Assembly (NCBI GenBank): GCA_964562385.1
Contig: CAZLTD010000007.1
Location: forward strand, 8,799-72,798
DNA: 64,000 bases
Reading direction: 5' to 3'
Origin: an uncultured Desulfobacula sp.
GTDB lineage: Bacteria; Desulfobacterota; Desulfobacteria; Desulfobacterales; Desulfobacteraceae
The position numbers were made by a program, and so were the translations under genes. Each line of letters starts with the position of its first letter. Within the stretch, counting starts at the first letter, position 1. A model generated the notes under the pieces. The model was not told the DNA's origin, did no database searches, and worked only from the letters and a program-made list of their open reading frames with translations. Below are positions 1 to 8,371 of the stretch, in pieces.

Positions 1-849
1 CCGCCGCTGTCAAATATATATGCCGCCCATAAAGTTAATGGAACCCGCATGAATGTGGCTGTTGCGCTGGGAGTAGATCCGGCCATTCTCATCGGATCCG
101 TTCTAACCCCTCAGGAGGGTGTGGACAAACTGGCGTCTGCAGGGGGGATGGTCCGTTCGGCCATTGCCACGGTCAAGGCCCAGACAGCGGATGTAGAAGT
201 ACCGGCGTATGCGGAAATCGTCCTGGAAGGTTATATTGATCCCAAAGAAGATGAACAAGACAATATCTTGGGAGAGGTGAGCGGCATGTACGTCGGGTTC
301 TCAAGTCCGACAATTCATGTTACCACCGTGACCATGCGGCGCAATGCCGTTTACCATGGTCTGCTGCCCCATGGGGCTGAAGTTGATCAGCTGCTGGCAT
401 TCATTTTCGGGCTCAAAATCATACCCAGAATGAAACAGGATTTCCCTTCGATCGTCGACATCCATTTTACCCCTGAAACTTTTGGTTCCCACATTGTCAT
501 GTCCATGGACACCGATGACAAAGGAGATATCCGCCGGGCAATGACCGCCATGCTCACCTTCTCCAACGTTAAAAAGGCTGTTGTTGTCAACAAAGATGTG
601 GATATTCGAAATCCTCTGGAAGTTGAATGGGCCATGGCCACCCGATTTCAGGCGGACCGGGACCTTATTATTATTCCGGGATTAAAAGGACCGGCCATTG
701 ATCCGTCCGCAGGCCCCGGATTCATGACGACAAAACAGGGAATTGATGCCACATGCCCGGCGCAAAAGGGATTTGGAAGAATCCGGTTTCCCGAAGAAAT
801 TCAAAACCGATTGCCATATAGTATCAACGAATTAAATATACAGGAATAA
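1..849 (+). CDS. UbiD-family (prenyl-FMN dependent) decarboxylase/carboxylase, C-terminal part; the 5' end lies outside the window
   Basis: Frame 1 is open from nt 1 (PPLSNIYAAHKVNGTR precedes the listed Met at 49). UbiD-type blocks are present: VAVALGVDP, VPAYAEIVLEGYIDP, EWAMATRFQADRD. The stop lies 2 nt before the ubiX start. Confidence 0.9.
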   Translation, partial: PPLSNIYAAHKVNGTRMNVAVALGVDPAILIGSVLTPQEGVDKLASAGGMVRSAIATVKAQTADVEVPAYAEIVLEGYIDPKEDEQDNILGEVSGMYVGFSSPTIHVTTVTMRRNAVYHGLLPHGAEVDQLLAFIFGLKIIPRMKQDFPSIVDIHFTPETFGSHIVMSMDTDDKGDIRRAMTAMLTFSNVKKAVVVNKDVDIRNPLEVEWAMATRFQADRDLIIIPGLKGPAIDPSAGPGFMTTKQGIDATCPAQKGFGRIRFPEEIQNRLPYSINELNIQE

Positions 850-851
850 TC

Positions 852-1478
852 ATGAAAAGACTTGTCGTAGGAATGTCAGGCGCAACCGGGGCCATCTATG
901 GTATCCGGCTTCTTGAAGTACTCTCGGAATCGGATGTTGAAACCCATCTGGTGATTTCAAAGGCAGCTGAAAAAACCATTCGGATGGAAACACCCTGGTC
1001 TGTAGACAAGGTAAAGTCCCTGGCACATACCTGCTACGATCCCAGAAACATCGGTGCCAATATTGCCAGTGGCTCTTTTCTCAATGAAGGTATGGTGGTT
1101 ATCCCCTGTGCCATCAAGACGCTGTCCGGAATTGCACACTCATACAATGACAATCTGCTGACGCGTGCCGCCGATGTGACCATTAAAGAAAAGCGCAAAC
1201 TGGTCATTGTTGCCCGTGAAACGCCTTTCCATAAGGGGCATCTGAAGCTGATGATGGAAGCGGCTGATTTAGGGGCAACAATTTTACCTCCGGTACCGGC
1301 ATTTTACTGCATGCCGAAAACCATTGACGACCTTGTCAATCATCTTGTGGGAAAAGTTCTGGATATGTTCGGCATCGAAAACAATCTGTTTCACCGCTGG
1401 GGCAGCGAAGAGATCGAAAAAGCACTGGCCCAAAAAGAGATCCAGGAGGGTGTCCTTGAAAAACACCTGGTCAAATGA
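852..1478 (+). CDS. ubiX: Flavin prenyltransferase UbiX (prenyl-FMN synthase)
   Basis: N-terminus MKRLVVGMSGATGAIYGIRLLEVL is the typical UbiX/Pad1 flavoprotein fold signature. Length is 208 aa and the gene is tightly coupled to the upstream UbiD gene. Confidence 0.93.
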   Translation: MKRLVVGMSGATGAIYGIRLLEVLSESDVETHLVISKAAEKTIRMETPWSVDKVKSLAHTCYDPRNIGANIASGSFLNEGMVVIPCAIKTLSGIAHSYNDNLLTRAADVTIKEKRKLVIVARETPFHKGHLKLMMEAADLGATILPPVPAFYCMPKTIDDLVNHLVGKVLDMFGIENNLFHRWGSEEIEKALAQKEIQEGVLEKHLVK

Positions 1479-1563
1479 AGTAACACCCAAACCTGGTGTA
1501 GTCTGATTTTTAAAAAATTTTACCGTCTTCCGGTGCTGGAAGGCCGAATCTTAAGGGGACGTC

Positions 1564-2436
1564 ATGACGGATCGTATTGTTTCTATTGAGCAGGCTGTAG
1601 AAGATATTCGCAACGGAAAAATGGTAATTCTGGTGGATGACGAAGACCGGGAAAATGAAGGGGACCTGTGTTGCGCAGCCCAGCTGGTTACGCCTGAAAT
1701 CATCAACTTTATGGCAACCCATGCCCGCGGTCTGATCTGCGTCTCCCTTACCGGGGACAGACTTGATGCATTGGGGCTGAACCCCATGGTGCAGGACAAC
1801 CAGTCACAGTACGAAACCGCTTTTACCAAATCCATTGATGCTGCCAAAGGAATCACAACAGGCATCTCCGCACAGGATCGAGCCCATACTATTCTCACTG
1901 TTGTGGATAAAGATATGGGGGCGGGCGACTTAGTCTGTCCCGGGCATACATTTCCCTTGCGGGCACGCAGCGGCGGGGTGCTGACGCGTCCGGGGCAGAC
2001 CGAAGGCTCGGTTGACCTGTCAAGGCTGGCAGGATTGAAGCCTGCCGGTGTTATCTGCGAAATCATGAATGACGACGGCACCATGGCACGGATGCCTGAA
2101 TTGATTGAATTTGGCGAGAAATTCGGGATTAACATTGTTTCTGTAGCCGCCCTGATCCAGTACCGTCTGCTCAATGAAACCCTGATCCACCAGACAGGGA
2201 AAAAGAGGCATCTGCCAAGGGAGCAGGGAGAACTAACCGTGGTGACATATGAATCGAATCTGACACCCGAGGCCTCATATATTGCGATGATCAAAGGGGA
2301 AATATCACAAAATGATCAAGTGCTGGTGAGGATTCATAAAGAGTGCTTCCTGGGTGATTTTGTCAACTCCTCTCTATGTGACTGCAGCCGCAAACTGCGT
2401 GACTCAAAACAGATCATCACTGAGGCGGGAAAATGA
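1564..2436 (+). CDS. ribB: 3,4-dihydroxy-2-butanone-4-phosphate synthase (RibB domain) fused to the start of a degenerate GTP-cyclohydrolase-II-like domain (RibBX-like); ends at an in-frame TGA
   Basis: DHBP synthase motifs are present: [29 protein letters not shown]. The ORF then continues with [21 protein letters not shown], resembling the RibA zinc-site block. TGA at 2434-2436. Confidence 0.88.
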   Translation: MTDRIVSIEQAVEDIRNGKMVILVDDEDRENEGDLCCAAQLVTPEIINFMATHARGLICVSLTGDRLDALGLNPMVQDNQSQYETAFTKSIDAAKGITTGISAQDRAHTILTVVDKDMGAGDLVCPGHTFPLRARSGGVLTRPGQTEGSVDLSRLAGLKPAGVICEIMNDDGTMARMPELIEFGEKFGINIVSVAALIQYRLLNETLIHQTGKKRHLPREQGELTVVTYESNLTPEASYIAMIKGEISQNDQVLVRIHKECFLGDFVNSSLCDCSRKLRDSKQIITEAGK

Positions 2437-2700
2437 ATTCTTTTGTATATCCGCCGGAAAGACGGCCTGTTCGATTTTGAGCATCATGACGGCGGCTGTA
2501 CAGCCGATCAAACAGATGTTGATGCAACCCAAAACCAGAATGAGATCGTGAAACGGCAGGAACTTTTCCATTGCGGAATCTGTGCAAAAATTTTGCTGGA
2601 TCTGGGTGTAAAAAAGGTCCGCCCCATCATCGGCAGACCGGATCATGGAATTAATTTTGAAGCGTACGACCTGAGGCTGGCAGAACGTGTGACAATATGA
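2437..2700 (+). other. Continuation of the degenerate RibA-like domain, in the same frame as 1564-2436 and separated from it only by the TGA at 2434-2436
   Basis: Same frame as the ribB ORF. ILLYIRRKDG and GICAKILLDLGVKKVRPIIGRPDHGINFEAYDLRLAERVTI align by eye to RibA VLLYLRQEGRG and [32 protein letters not shown]. The stop overlaps the fni ATG (ATGA at 2697-2700). Confidence 0.55.
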
Positions 2701-3710
2701 CAGCAAAAGACAAAACCATTTCCAACCGTAAGGACGATCACATCTCCATCTGCCTTAACAGCGATGTGACCTTTAATAAAACAAATGGTTTTGAAAAATT
2801 TGATTTGATGCACCAGGCAATGCCGGAACTCAGCCTGGCCGATATTGATACTTCAACAACTTTCCTGGGAAAACATTTTTCCTATCCTTTTTTTATTGAA
2901 GCACTTACCGGCGGGACAAAAAGGGCGCAAAAAATAAACCAGAACCTGGCCCGGGCAGCCGCCCAGTTCGGCATTGGAATGGGAGTCGGTTCCCAACGGG
3001 CCATGCTGGTAAACAAGGATGCAATCCGATCCTATCAGGTCCGTGATGTGGCGCCTGATATCCTGCTGCTTGGGAACATCGGCGCCACCCAGCTTCCGGG
3101 TCTTAAAACCGAGACTGTTGTGGATATGGTCAATCAAATCGGGGCAGACGGTATGGCTGTTCACCTGAATGCCGCCCAGGAGCTGTGTCAGCCCGAAGGG
3201 GATACGGACTGGTCCGATATCCGTTCCCATATTGAACGTATCTGCACTGAACTTCCATTTCCGGTTATTGTCAAGGAAACCGGCTGCGGCATTGATGGAA
3301 AGACAGCCCGGCTGCTGGCTGCTGCCGGCGTTGCCTGCCTGGATATTGCCGGGGCAGGCGGCACCTCTTTTACCAAGGTCGAATCTTATCGGGGACTTGA
3401 AAGCTGTGAGACATTTGCCGAATGGGGAATCCCGACGGCAGAGTCCCTGAGGCAGTGCCGGAAATCAACCAATATCCCATTGATCGCCTCGGGCGGTCTT
3501 CGCACCGGTGTCGATTGCGCCAAGGCTATTGCCATGGGGGCGTCTCTTAACGGATTTGCCCTGCCCCTGCTGGCTGCTGCTCAACAATCTCACCGGGAGG
3601 TGATTTTGAAACTGACCGCATTGGGAGATGAGCTGAAAAAAGCCATGCTGCTTGTGGGAGCAGGCACTATCGATGAATTAAAGAGTGTGCAGGTCAATCC
3701 CAGCCAATGA
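2697..3710 (+). CDS. fni: Type 2 (FMN-dependent) isopentenyl-diphosphate delta-isomerase
   Basis: RKDDHISICL near the N-terminus, FIEALTGG, GVGSQR and VKETGCG blocks match the IDI-2 family pattern. Length 337 aa. Confidence 0.88.
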   Translation: MTAKDKTISNRKDDHISICLNSDVTFNKTNGFEKFDLMHQAMPELSLADIDTSTTFLGKHFSYPFFIEALTGGTKRAQKINQNLARAAAQFGIGMGVGSQRAMLVNKDAIRSYQVRDVAPDILLLGNIGATQLPGLKTETVVDMVNQIGADGMAVHLNAAQELCQPEGDTDWSDIRSHIERICTELPFPVIVKETGCGIDGKTARLLAAAGVACLDIAGAGGTSFTKVESYRGLESCETFAEWGIPTAESLRQCRKSTNIPLIASGGLRTGVDCAKAIAMGASLNGFALPLLAAAQQSHREVILKLTALGDELKKAMLLVGAGTIDELKSVQVNPSQ

Positions 3711-3791
3711 GGGTTGCTTCACTTGCATCAGGGGCAACCGAGCGGATCTAAATTATAAGTTTAGTTTATGATTTCCATAAGTTAAATGATT

Positions 3792-3821
3792 TTGACAACC
3801 TAAGCTGCAAAAGAGTAAAAA
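3792..3821 (+). promoter_or_regulatory. Candidate sigma70-type promoter for the carboxylase genes
   Basis: TTGACA at 3792-3797 and TAAAAA at 3816-3821 (18-nt spacer), about 60 nt upstream of the strong SD (AGAGGAGGA) of the 3880 gene. Confidence 0.3.
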
Positions 3822-3879
3822 ATTCAGAAGATAGCGTTAAAAAGTTAATTTTTCATACATAAGACAGAGGAGGAAATTC

Positions 3880-5295
3880 ATGGATCTTAGGGACTTCATC
3901 GCCATGTGCGAGAAAGAAAATGACCTGAAACGGATAACCGCCGAAGTGGATTGGGATCTGGAAATGAGCCATATTTCCAAACTGGTTGAAGAGAAAGACG
4001 GCCGGGCTGTGTTGTTTGAAAATGTCAAAGGCCATAATGGTTCCGTTCTTTTTGGCGCCTACAGCAGCACCAAGCGGCTGGCCATGACTCTTGGCAAGCC
4101 AGCGCATTTGAGCATGGCCCAGTTGAGCCATGAATGGATGAAGATGTCCATCGGTGATGTAATCCGATCCAAAGAGGTCAAAGACGGACCGGTTTTCGAA
4201 AACATTATTGAAGAAGAAAATGTCAATGTTTTCAACCTGCCCTCGCCCAAATTTTATGACAAGGATGGCGGACGGTTCATCGGAACTGCCTGTTTTATGG
4301 TGGTAAAAGATATTGAAACCAATGAGATAAACCTGGGTACCTACAGAAGCCAGGTGCTGGATGAGAAAACCGTAGGGGCACAGATCTTAAAGGGCAAACG
4401 CGGTGACCGTATTCTGCAGAAATGGCGTAAAGCGGGCAAGAAAATGCCGATCTGTCTGGTGGTTGGCTGCGACCCTTTATTGATGCTGGCCGGAAGTGCC
4501 ATGGTGGAAAATGCCAGTGAATATGATGTGGTGGGAACGCTGCGTGGTGAGCCGGTGGAAATTGTAGAAGCACCGCTGACCGGCCTGCCGATCCCGGCCA
4601 CCGCCGAAATCGTTCTGGAAGGGTATATTGACGGGGATAACCTTCGACCTGAAGGACCCTTTGGCGAATATACAGGCTTTTACACGGATGAGCTCAATAA
4701 CATCGTGAAAAAGCCGGCCATTGATGTAAAACGTATTTATCATCGTAACGATCCCATCATGCTGGCCGCTTCTGTGGGCCGACCGGTGAATGACAACCAT
4801 ATGATGCTGGCATTTGTCCGTAATGCAACACTCTGGACCGAACTGACACGCATGGGAATGAAAGGTATCCAATCGGTTTATATGCCTCCTGAAGCCTGCG
4901 GCCGCTTCTGGGCCATCATCTCGGTCAAGCAGATGTATCCCGGACACTCAAACCAGATTGCAGCGGCTGTGATCGCCAGCCACACCTGCACATACGGTCT
5001 TAAGGGGTTGATCATTGTGGATGATGATATTGCAGCAGACGACCTGCCACGGGTATGGTGGGCTCTGGCCACCCGTTACGATCCTGCGCGGGGTACCCAG
5101 ATTATCAATCGCGGCCGGTCAACACCCCTGGATCCGGCCTTGAGCCATGATGAGAACAAATTTATCACCTCCCGCATCATCATGGACGCCACCTTTCCGT
5201 TCGAATGGGAAGAAAAACCGGTACAGGTCGATATGAACCAGGACGTTCTTGACCGCATAAAAGAGCGTTGGGGAGAGCTCGGGTTGGATGATTGA
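3880..5295 (+). CDS. UbiD-family carboxylase large subunit (phenylphosphate-carboxylase alpha/beta-like)
   Basis: 471 aa. UbiD blocks: DGGRFIGT..NLGTYRSQ, AEIVLEGYIDGD, GPFGEYTGFY, WWALATRYDP. Strong SD GAGGAGGA 6 nt upstream. Confidence 0.88.
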   Translation: MDLRDFIAMCEKENDLKRITAEVDWDLEMSHISKLVEEKDGRAVLFENVKGHNGSVLFGAYSSTKRLAMTLGKPAHLSMAQLSHEWMKMSIGDVIRSKEVKDGPVFENIIEEENVNVFNLPSPKFYDKDGGRFIGTACFMVVKDIETNEINLGTYRSQVLDEKTVGAQILKGKRGDRILQKWRKAGKKMPICLVVGCDPLLMLAGSAMVENASEYDVVGTLRGEPVEIVEAPLTGLPIPATAEIVLEGYIDGDNLRPEGPFGEYTGFYTDELNNIVKKPAIDVKRIYHRNDPIMLAASVGRPVNDNHMMLAFVRNATLWTELTRMGMKGIQSVYMPPEACGRFWAIISVKQMYPGHSNQIAAAVIASHTCTYGLKGLIIVDDDIAADDLPRVWWALATRYDPARGTQIINRGRSTPLDPALSHDENKFITSRIIMDATFPFEWEEKPVQVDMNQDVLDRIKERWGELGLDD

Positions 5296-5416
5296 TCTGG
5301 TGTGAAAAAATTGAGAGCCACATATCTTAAGTAACTGCGCCGTTAGCGGCAGCGCAGCGGTACAACCCCCATAATGATGACCATTATGGAGGTTAGAGGA
5401 GAGAAGGAGAAAAAAT

Positions 5417-5707
5417 ATGATTGTTAATCGAAGAACATTTATTGTCAAAAAAGGTTGTTCCGAAAAAGTGGTGGAACTGCTTAAGGATGCCACAAAAGGT
5501 GCCAGCGTTCCTAAAGTGGTAAGAATTTATCAATGGTCAATCAGCCCCAGCGACCAGGTGACCTGGGAGGCGGAATTTGAAGACATAGAGGAATATTCCA
5601 AATTCTCTACAGAATGGGTCGGCGATCCAAAACGGGCTGACCTGCTTGAAAAATTCAATGATCTTACGGTTCCTGGCGGCACCAGTGAAATTTTACGCCT
5701 GGCCTGA
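5417..5707 (+). CDS. Small (96 aa) protein between the two UbiD paralogs; possible accessory subunit, function unknown
   Basis: SD-rich leader (GGAGAGAAGGAGA). The composition is protein-like, with alternating beta/alpha pattern reminiscent of small alpha+beta barrel proteins. No family was recognised with certainty. Confidence 0.6.
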   Translation: MIVNRRTFIVKKGCSEKVVELLKDATKGASVPKVVRIYQWSISPSDQVTWEAEFEDIEEYSKFSTEWVGDPKRADLLEKFNDLTVPGGTSEILRLA

Positions 5708-5862
5708 TTGAACCGGACTTAAGAAAAGACAAGATCAAGTGGGAAGAGGCTATCACAAAGATAATAAAAACGGTTTGGATTGGTTCATAGGAAATGCGGA
5801 CTCATCTGAAACCGGATAATTTAAAAGTCGAATAAACCATTTTTTATAAAAAGGAGTGTTCA

Positions 5863-7302
5863 ATGGCGTACAACTGCCCAAAAGACAATCGTGAGTATAT
5901 CAAGAGGCTGGAAGAAAGCGGCGACCTTCGCATCATAGAGCAGGAGGTTGATTGGGATTTGGAAATGGGTGCGATCACCAGAAAGGTTTGCGAGGAGCAA
6001 GCACCTTCTCCCTATTTCAAAAACATCAAGGATTACCCGGGCTTTGAAAGCCTTGGGGCACCCATGGCCACCTGGCGACGTCTGGCCATTGCCATGGGAA
6101 TGGAAGCCGACGCTGCTGTCCCGGACATTTGTAGCGAGTATGTCAAACGGAACCAGGGTGAACCCATTGACCCTGTGGTTGTGGAAAAAAGTGCTGCTGC
6201 CTGTAAAGACAACATTCTTCTGGGTGATGATGCCAATCTGTTTCATCTGCCGGGACCTATGGTGCACGACGGCGACGGCGGCCGGTATCTGGCAACCTGG
6301 CATTTTGTCGTAAGCAAGGATATGGATACTGAGGAGATCAACTGGGGCATGTACCGGATGATGGTGTTTGACGAAAAGACCATGGTCGGACCAGTGTTGC
6401 CGTTCTCTGATATGGGTAAGATGTTTCACGGCAAATACGCACCCCAAAACAAGCCCATGCCATTTGCTGCCGTACTTTCTGCTGATCCGATGTCGAGTCT
6501 GGCATCATGTGCACCAACACAACTGCCGGAAGACCAGTTTGCCGGCATGCTCAAGGGAGAACCAGTGGAGGTTGTGCAGTGCGAGACCTGTGATCTGATG
6601 GTTCCGGCCAATGCAGAAATTATCATTGAAGGTGAGGTTATTCCTGGTATTGAAATTGAAGAAGCACCGTTTGGTGAGTATACCGGCTATCGAACATCCC
6701 CCAGGGAACCGAGAACCGTATACCGAATTAAGGCCATCACCTATCGGAATAATCCCGTCCTGATGATATCCAACATGGGTATGCCTGTGGATGAGGGGCA
6801 GTTGCTGCGCTCTTTCTCTTTAGCGCTTGAAATGCACAAGCTGCTGGAAAGCCAGGGTATTCCCATCACCGGTGTTTACATGCTGCCGGAGTCAACCCAT
6901 CACATAGTGGTTGTCGGTGTAAAAACAGCCTACACTGGAATTGCACAGCAGATTGCCAACCTGATTTACGGAAGCAAGCTGGCTCCATGGTTCCATATGA
7001 CCATTGTGGTGGATGAGGACACGGACATTTACAGTAAAGATGAGGTGATCCATGCGCTGGCTACCAAGTGTCATCCCATCCGCGACATCCACAAATATGA
7101 AAATGCACCGGGTACGCCTTTAAATCCGTATGCGTCGCCAGAGGAACGGAAAACAAGCACAGGTGCCAAGGTTCTTTTTGATTGCACCTTCCCGTTAGAT
7201 TGGCCAAAATCTGATCTGCCGATCAGGGTCTCTTTTGACAATGTATATCCTCAGGAAATTCAAGACAAGGTAAATGAAAACTGGAAAAAGTTCGGATACT
7301 AA
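5863..7302 (+). CDS. UbiD-family carboxylase large subunit (second paralog, phenylphosphate-carboxylase alpha/beta-like)
   Basis: 479 aa. Blocks: DGGRYLATWHFVVSKD..NWGMYRMM, AEIIIEGEV, APFGEYTGYRT, IHALATKCHP. SD AAAGGAG upstream. Confidence 0.88.
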   Translation: MAYNCPKDNREYIKRLEESGDLRIIEQEVDWDLEMGAITRKVCEEQAPSPYFKNIKDYPGFESLGAPMATWRRLAIAMGMEADAAVPDICSEYVKRNQGEPIDPVVVEKSAAACKDNILLGDDANLFHLPGPMVHDGDGGRYLATWHFVVSKDMDTEEINWGMYRMMVFDEKTMVGPVLPFSDMGKMFHGKYAPQNKPMPFAAVLSADPMSSLASCAPTQLPEDQFAGMLKGEPVEVVQCETCDLMVPANAEIIIEGEVIPGIEIEEAPFGEYTGYRTSPREPRTVYRIKAITYRNNPVLMISNMGMPVDEGQLLRSFSLALEMHKLLESQGIPITGVYMLPESTHHIVVVGVKTAYTGIAQQIANLIYGSKLAPWFHMTIVVDEDTDIYSKDEVIHALATKCHPIRDIHKYENAPGTPLNPYASPEERKTSTGAKVLFDCTFPLDWPKSDLPIRVSFDNVYPQEIQDKVNENWKKFGY

Positions 7303-7376
7303 ACCCATTGGGTGATCTATTGATTTAAGAATGTTTTGAAACCCATTATAAATGATTAATTACGGAGGTAATCCTG

Positions 7377-7637
7377 ATGCCACAAAAAGAATACGACACC
7401 TATATTCTTACAGATATTAACGCGGTACCAGATGATCAGAAGAACATTGAGTTGATCATCCGTGATTTGAATCCTCAAGACCCGCGATTCAAATACAACA
7501 GCTGTTTTGCCAAGGCAAATGTTTCCAAAGACAAATCCCGTTACCCGGACGCCCTGTGGGTCCGTCTTGGAAGGGGTCAGCTGCAGGATGAACCATGGTC
7601 CATTGAAGTTTTGGAAAAAGTGGACAAGTTCGCATAA
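7377..7637 (+). CDS. Small (86 aa, about 10 kDa) protein following the second UbiD paralog; candidate gamma-like subunit
   Basis: SD ACGGAGGT 7 nt upstream. Size and position match the 10-kDa subunit of Thauera phenylphosphate carboxylase. The sequence identity was not verifiable by eye. Confidence 0.6.
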   Translation: MPQKEYDTYILTDINAVPDDQKNIELIIRDLNPQDPRFKYNSCFAKANVSKDKSRYPDALWVRLGRGQLQDEPWSIEVLEKVDKFA

Positions 7638-7666
7638 TCGCATCTATTACAATCAAACACGGCCTG

Positions 7667-7700
7667 CCCGGGGGGATCTTTTTGCTCCCCCGGGTTTTGC
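7667..7700 (+). terminator. Rho-independent terminator-like hairpin after the 86-aa gene
   Basis: CCCGGGGGA (7667-7675) pairs with TCCCCCGGG (7686-7694) around a 10-nt loop, followed by TTTT. Confidence 0.6.
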
Positions 7701-7720
7701 TGATTCTTTTTTAAACCCGG

Positions 7721-7765
7721 TTAATATGGATCAGATTAATATGGACCCAATTAATATCGACCAGG
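7721..7765 (+). repeat. Three tandem 15-nt units: TTAATATGGATCAGA / TTAATATGGACCCAA / TTAATATCGACCAGG
   Basis: Read directly from the sequence. The units lie between the terminator and the SD-supported start at 7783, and would encode NMDQI-NMDPI-NIDQ if the gene started at 7726. Confidence 0.85.
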
Positions 7766-7782
7766 AGCAATGGAGAAACATT

Positions 7783-8292
7783 ATGGAGCAGGCAAAAAAC
7801 ATAAAGTTGTTGATACTTGATGTTGACGGGGTAATGAGTGATGGCGGTATTTATATGGATGAGAACGGACTGCAGCACCGCCGTTTTGATATCAAAGATG
7901 GGTTGGGGACCGTTGTTCTGCCGATGATGGGCGTCGAAGTTGCCATCATTACCTCAAAGAAGTCGGGTGCTGTTCGATTTCGTGCAAAAGAGCTGAGAAT
8001 CAAACGTTTCTACGAAGGTATCAAAAAGAAGACCGAGGCTTTTGAAGAGATTAAGGCCGACATGGGTATTGAAGACCACGAGGTCTGCTATATGGGGGAC
8101 GATCTTGTTGATCTAAGCATGATGAAGCGCGTGGGTCTGCCTGTATCTGTTGCCGATGGGGTGGCCGAAGTGAAAGAGGCGGCAGCCTATATCACTCAGG
8201 CAAAGGGCGGCTATGGCGCCGTTCGAGAGGTAGCTGAGATGATCCTGAAGGCCCAGGGTAAATGGGAGAAGATCCTGGAAAAAGTGGGTTGA
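7783..8292 (+). CDS. KdsC-type HAD phosphatase (phenylphosphate-carboxylase delta-like, about 18 kDa)
   Basis: HAD motif I LILDVDGVMSDG, then ITSKKS and a MGDDLVDL motif. GGAGA lies 6 nt upstream of the ATG at 7783. Alternative in-frame ATGs at 7726 and 7741 lack an SD. The 7507 extension overlaps the previous gene and the terminator. Confidence 0.78.
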   Translation: MEQAKNIKLLILDVDGVMSDGGIYMDENGLQHRRFDIKDGLGTVVLPMMGVEVAIITSKKSGAVRFRAKELRIKRFYEGIKKKTEAFEEIKADMGIEDHEVCYMGDDLVDLSMMKRVGLPVSVADGVAEVKEAAAYITQAKGGYGAVREVAEMILKAQGKWEKILEKVG

Positions 8293-8371
8293 TAGGAAGC
8301 GTTATCTGTATCTAAAAAAAAGAGGGGCTTGTTTGTGAAAGGAAATATGTGCCCGGATTCCGGCCCAAAAG

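Noticed and set aside
1479-1563. Possible FMN riboswitch upstream of ribB
   Set aside because: The gap is only 85 nt and lacks the conserved RFN element core sequences.
1551-2294. 247-aa ORF on the minus strand
   Set aside because: It is fully antisense to the clearly homologous RibB gene. Its composition is Ser/Pro/Arg-rich and typical of a shadow ORF, and it has no SD.
5860-6447. 195-aa ORF on the minus strand
   Set aside because: It is antisense to the second UbiD paralog. It is a shadow ORF.
7507-7782. N-terminal extension of the HAD/KdsC ORF (261-aa version)
   Set aside because: It overlaps the 86-aa gene in another frame and runs through a terminator hairpin. No SD precedes 7507, whereas GGAGA precedes the ATG at 7783.
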